A DNA stretch of 62,979 nucleotides, filler included, from Choristocarpus tenellus KU-1152 (taxonomy: Eukaryota > Protista > Phaeophyceae), in assembly GCA_964200185.2 (NCBI GenBank). It is 8 parts of 8 records of this genome, joined end to end, with 100 filler letters (N's around TTAATTAATTAA, not from the genome) between each part and the next. Parts side by side here need not be neighbours in the genome. Positions count along the whole stretch, not along the records: positions 58,128 to 62,979 come from CAXNAD020012792.1; 7 more parts are not named here. One strand, given 5' to 3'. Under the pieces are notes generated by a model, which was not told the origin of the DNA, did not search any database, and saw nothing but the letters and a program-made list of their open reading frames with translations. Position 1 is the stretch's first letter; every line of letters begins with the position of its first letter. Position numbers and translations under genes: made by a program. Positions 60,846 to 62,979 of this stretch are shown here, in pieces.

Positions 60846-62534
60846 CTGTCCATTCAGGGCCCATTTTAGCATGTTACGATTTTTGGGTATTTGGTTGCAT
60901 GGTCAGACGCCAGGTGGATAGTGTAAGTTCACTTCTCCTGTTCAGGGCCAGAATGGACACCCTGGTGTAGAACCCTCCCCACCACCACCAAACTGGTTGG
61001 GGTAGCAGGGAGGTCTACATTGCCAAGAACGCCTTCTGTATGTCCTACATGTGTGTTACATCAACATACATCAGGGTTGTGTAAGCAAAGGTTTCCTACC
61101 CATTGACCACAACTGCCATGCCAGGGATGGTACAAACCCATGTGAGTCATGGTCGCATTCACCATCTATTTCATTGAACACGAATACTCCAAATGAAAAA
61201 ATAAAAATCAATTTACTTAGGTAAAAACACACACACACCAAACATTCCCCCCCACCATCACAACATACACACACTGCACTAATACTTCCACAGCACCACT
61301 ATCTACTTCAAATACACATCTTCTGTCTGCACCATGCACTTACACTTCAAACATTAACAAAAAACCATCACACACACGGAGACATCTACCATCTTCCCAC
61401 CACACACACTAAACAACTTAAGAGTTAACAACTTAACAGCCCTGCACCCCCTCTATCTCAAACCCTAACCCTAACCCTAACCCTAACCCCACGCTTACCC
61501 TATACCATTCAAGAAACCACCTACCTACTTCCAAGTATAATACAACCAGCCCAAGAGCTCTACTCTCCACTCTCCACTACCTGAAGGCATCAAAACCTCA
61601 GATAATTGGAGCACCATCAGAGCCCCCCCCCCCCATCCCCATCCCCCTCCTCCTCTCTTCCTCCAATTTTCATAAATATCCCTCCAATACCCACCTGATC
61701 TGTCACCAGGGCCCTCCCTGTGGTCTTCACATAATCACACATGGACCCCCTGAGCTCTTCCAGTGTTGAAGGCACTCTTGAAAAAAGATCATACATCCTT
61801 CGCAAGTCATCCACCTTGACAAACAAAAAAAAGTGCATTAAAAAATAAATATAAACATAAACATAAATATAAATGCTTATGTCTTATCAACTTGTACATC
61901 AAGGAATTAATTATTGTAAAACAAAAAAACATTAACACCAAATTCACACAGAAACAAAAAATAAAATAATCGTAATGGCGACTAGTTGAGGGGCACGCAC
62001 GCCTTCCCCCTCAACAACGGTACGGACATCACAAGATGACACGCCTTCCTCACAATATAACAACACTACCACTGTACAATCATTTGGCGGGTGGACAAGG
62101 GCCGACCGACCAACCTTGGTGGCAGTTGGTGAATTCCACACAAAAAATACTGCAACAGCACATTCGGACACAAAAAACCCCATGCCTTCCGTACCCCCTC
62201 CCCTCAGCCCCAAGCCCCACAAACAAAAAACACCAACCCAACTCTCTAAACTGCTGTTGAGAAAAACACCAACCACAACCTAACCATACCATACAGCACC
62301 AACAAGCCATCGTCAACCGCCTTTTGAGGTGCCCATCACCAACAAAAAACATCATTTTTGAAAAACACATGGTGTGATGATGGGTGATGACACTTCCAGC
62401 TGCATACCTTGTCATCCCTGAACATAGGTATGCACCCACTGTTCTCCATCTCCACCATCGCCTTAGCATGTTTTGCAATCAGTTCCTGCACACAGAAAAA
62501 TAAAAAAACAATCACAGAGCTGCTCTTCCATGCT

Positions 62535-62567
<33 letters not shown>

Positions 62568-62913
62568 GTATGTATGTGTGCATATGTGTATGCATGTTAG
62601 GTGTGCGTCTTCTAGGAAACTAAAAAAAAAAAAAAAAATCCAAAAAATAAATTGTAACCCTCTTTCGTGCAAAAACGCCTGCCGCGAAACCCTCATCTCT
62701 TTGATTTCAAACAGCATTCATCTCAAACCGCCTCCCCTTTACCCTTACATCCTCCCACAAAACCTAACCAACACCAAAAACAATCCCATGTCACACAACT
62801 GCACCAAAAAAAGGAATATGTTCACTCACTGACTCTACAATATGCTTCAGCTTGGGCTCTGTCCCCCCGGCAAGGTAATGCGTGCACCTGGCGGTCTCCT
62901 CATTCAGCCTCCC
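59591..62913 (-). CDS. CUL3: Cullin-3, five internal exons (partial at both ends)
   Basis: Phase-0 exons 62913-62830, 62485-62408, 61814-61695, 60578-60459, 59695-59591 give [99 protein letters not shown], matching the cullin-3 repeat/4HB region. Confidence 0.9.
59916..60165. repeat. Compound (ATTC/ATCC/ATCT)n tetranucleotide microsatellite in a CUL3 intron
   Basis: Direct observation. Confidence 0.95.
60675..60990 (-). mobile_element. MITE A copy (poorly assembled poly-G) in a CUL3 intron
   Basis: GGCTCAAAGTATCTGGG start and internal core match family A. Confidence 0.7.
61461..61490. repeat. Interstitial telomere-like (CCCTAA)4-5
   Basis: AACCCTAACCCTAACCCTAACCCTAACCCC. Confidence 0.85.
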
Positions 62914-62979
62914 CTGCATATCGACCAACACAAAACAACAAATTACAAGCAAGAAAACATGGAAGGGGAAGGAGGGGGG

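Overview
Eukaryotic, intron-rich genomic DNA, most consistent with a photosynthetic stramenopile such as a brown alga. This is inferred from a bipartite signal+AF plastid presequence, WSC-repeat and sulfatase genes, PPR motif style and TTAGGG-type repeats. The window is several contigs joined by artificial N-TTAATTAATTAA-N spacers, so adjacency across spacers is uncertain. Hand-spliced gene models: (1) a 9-exon nuclear gene for mitochondrial ribosomal protein uS5 (1858-7107 +); (2) a 4-exon, probably plastid-targeted two-TM protein with a long Ala-Pro rod (16185-12930 -); (3) a divergent ~1900-2200 aa gene (16966-27040 +) combining an unnamed N-terminal domain, a stand-alone dynein microtubule-binding-like domain and 13 acidic ~90-aa repeats with an internal frameshift; (4) the 5' part of a membrane-anchored Cys-type (FGly) sulfatase (38540-39889 +); (5) the 3' part of a multi-WSC protein (48746-52024 +); (6) an intronless 19-repeat PPR protein (57089-54726 -); (7) five internal exons of cullin-3 (62913-59591 -). 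Intergenic and intronic DNA holds two related MITE families sharing an AAAGTATCT TIR core (one copy nested in another with perfect 3-bp TSDs), IS630/Tc1-like DDE remnants, a 1.2-kb foldback element, a telomere-repeat-containing inverted-repeat element, probable Gypsy and piggyBac relics, and many tandem repeats. All domain calls are by-eye motif recognition, not database searches.
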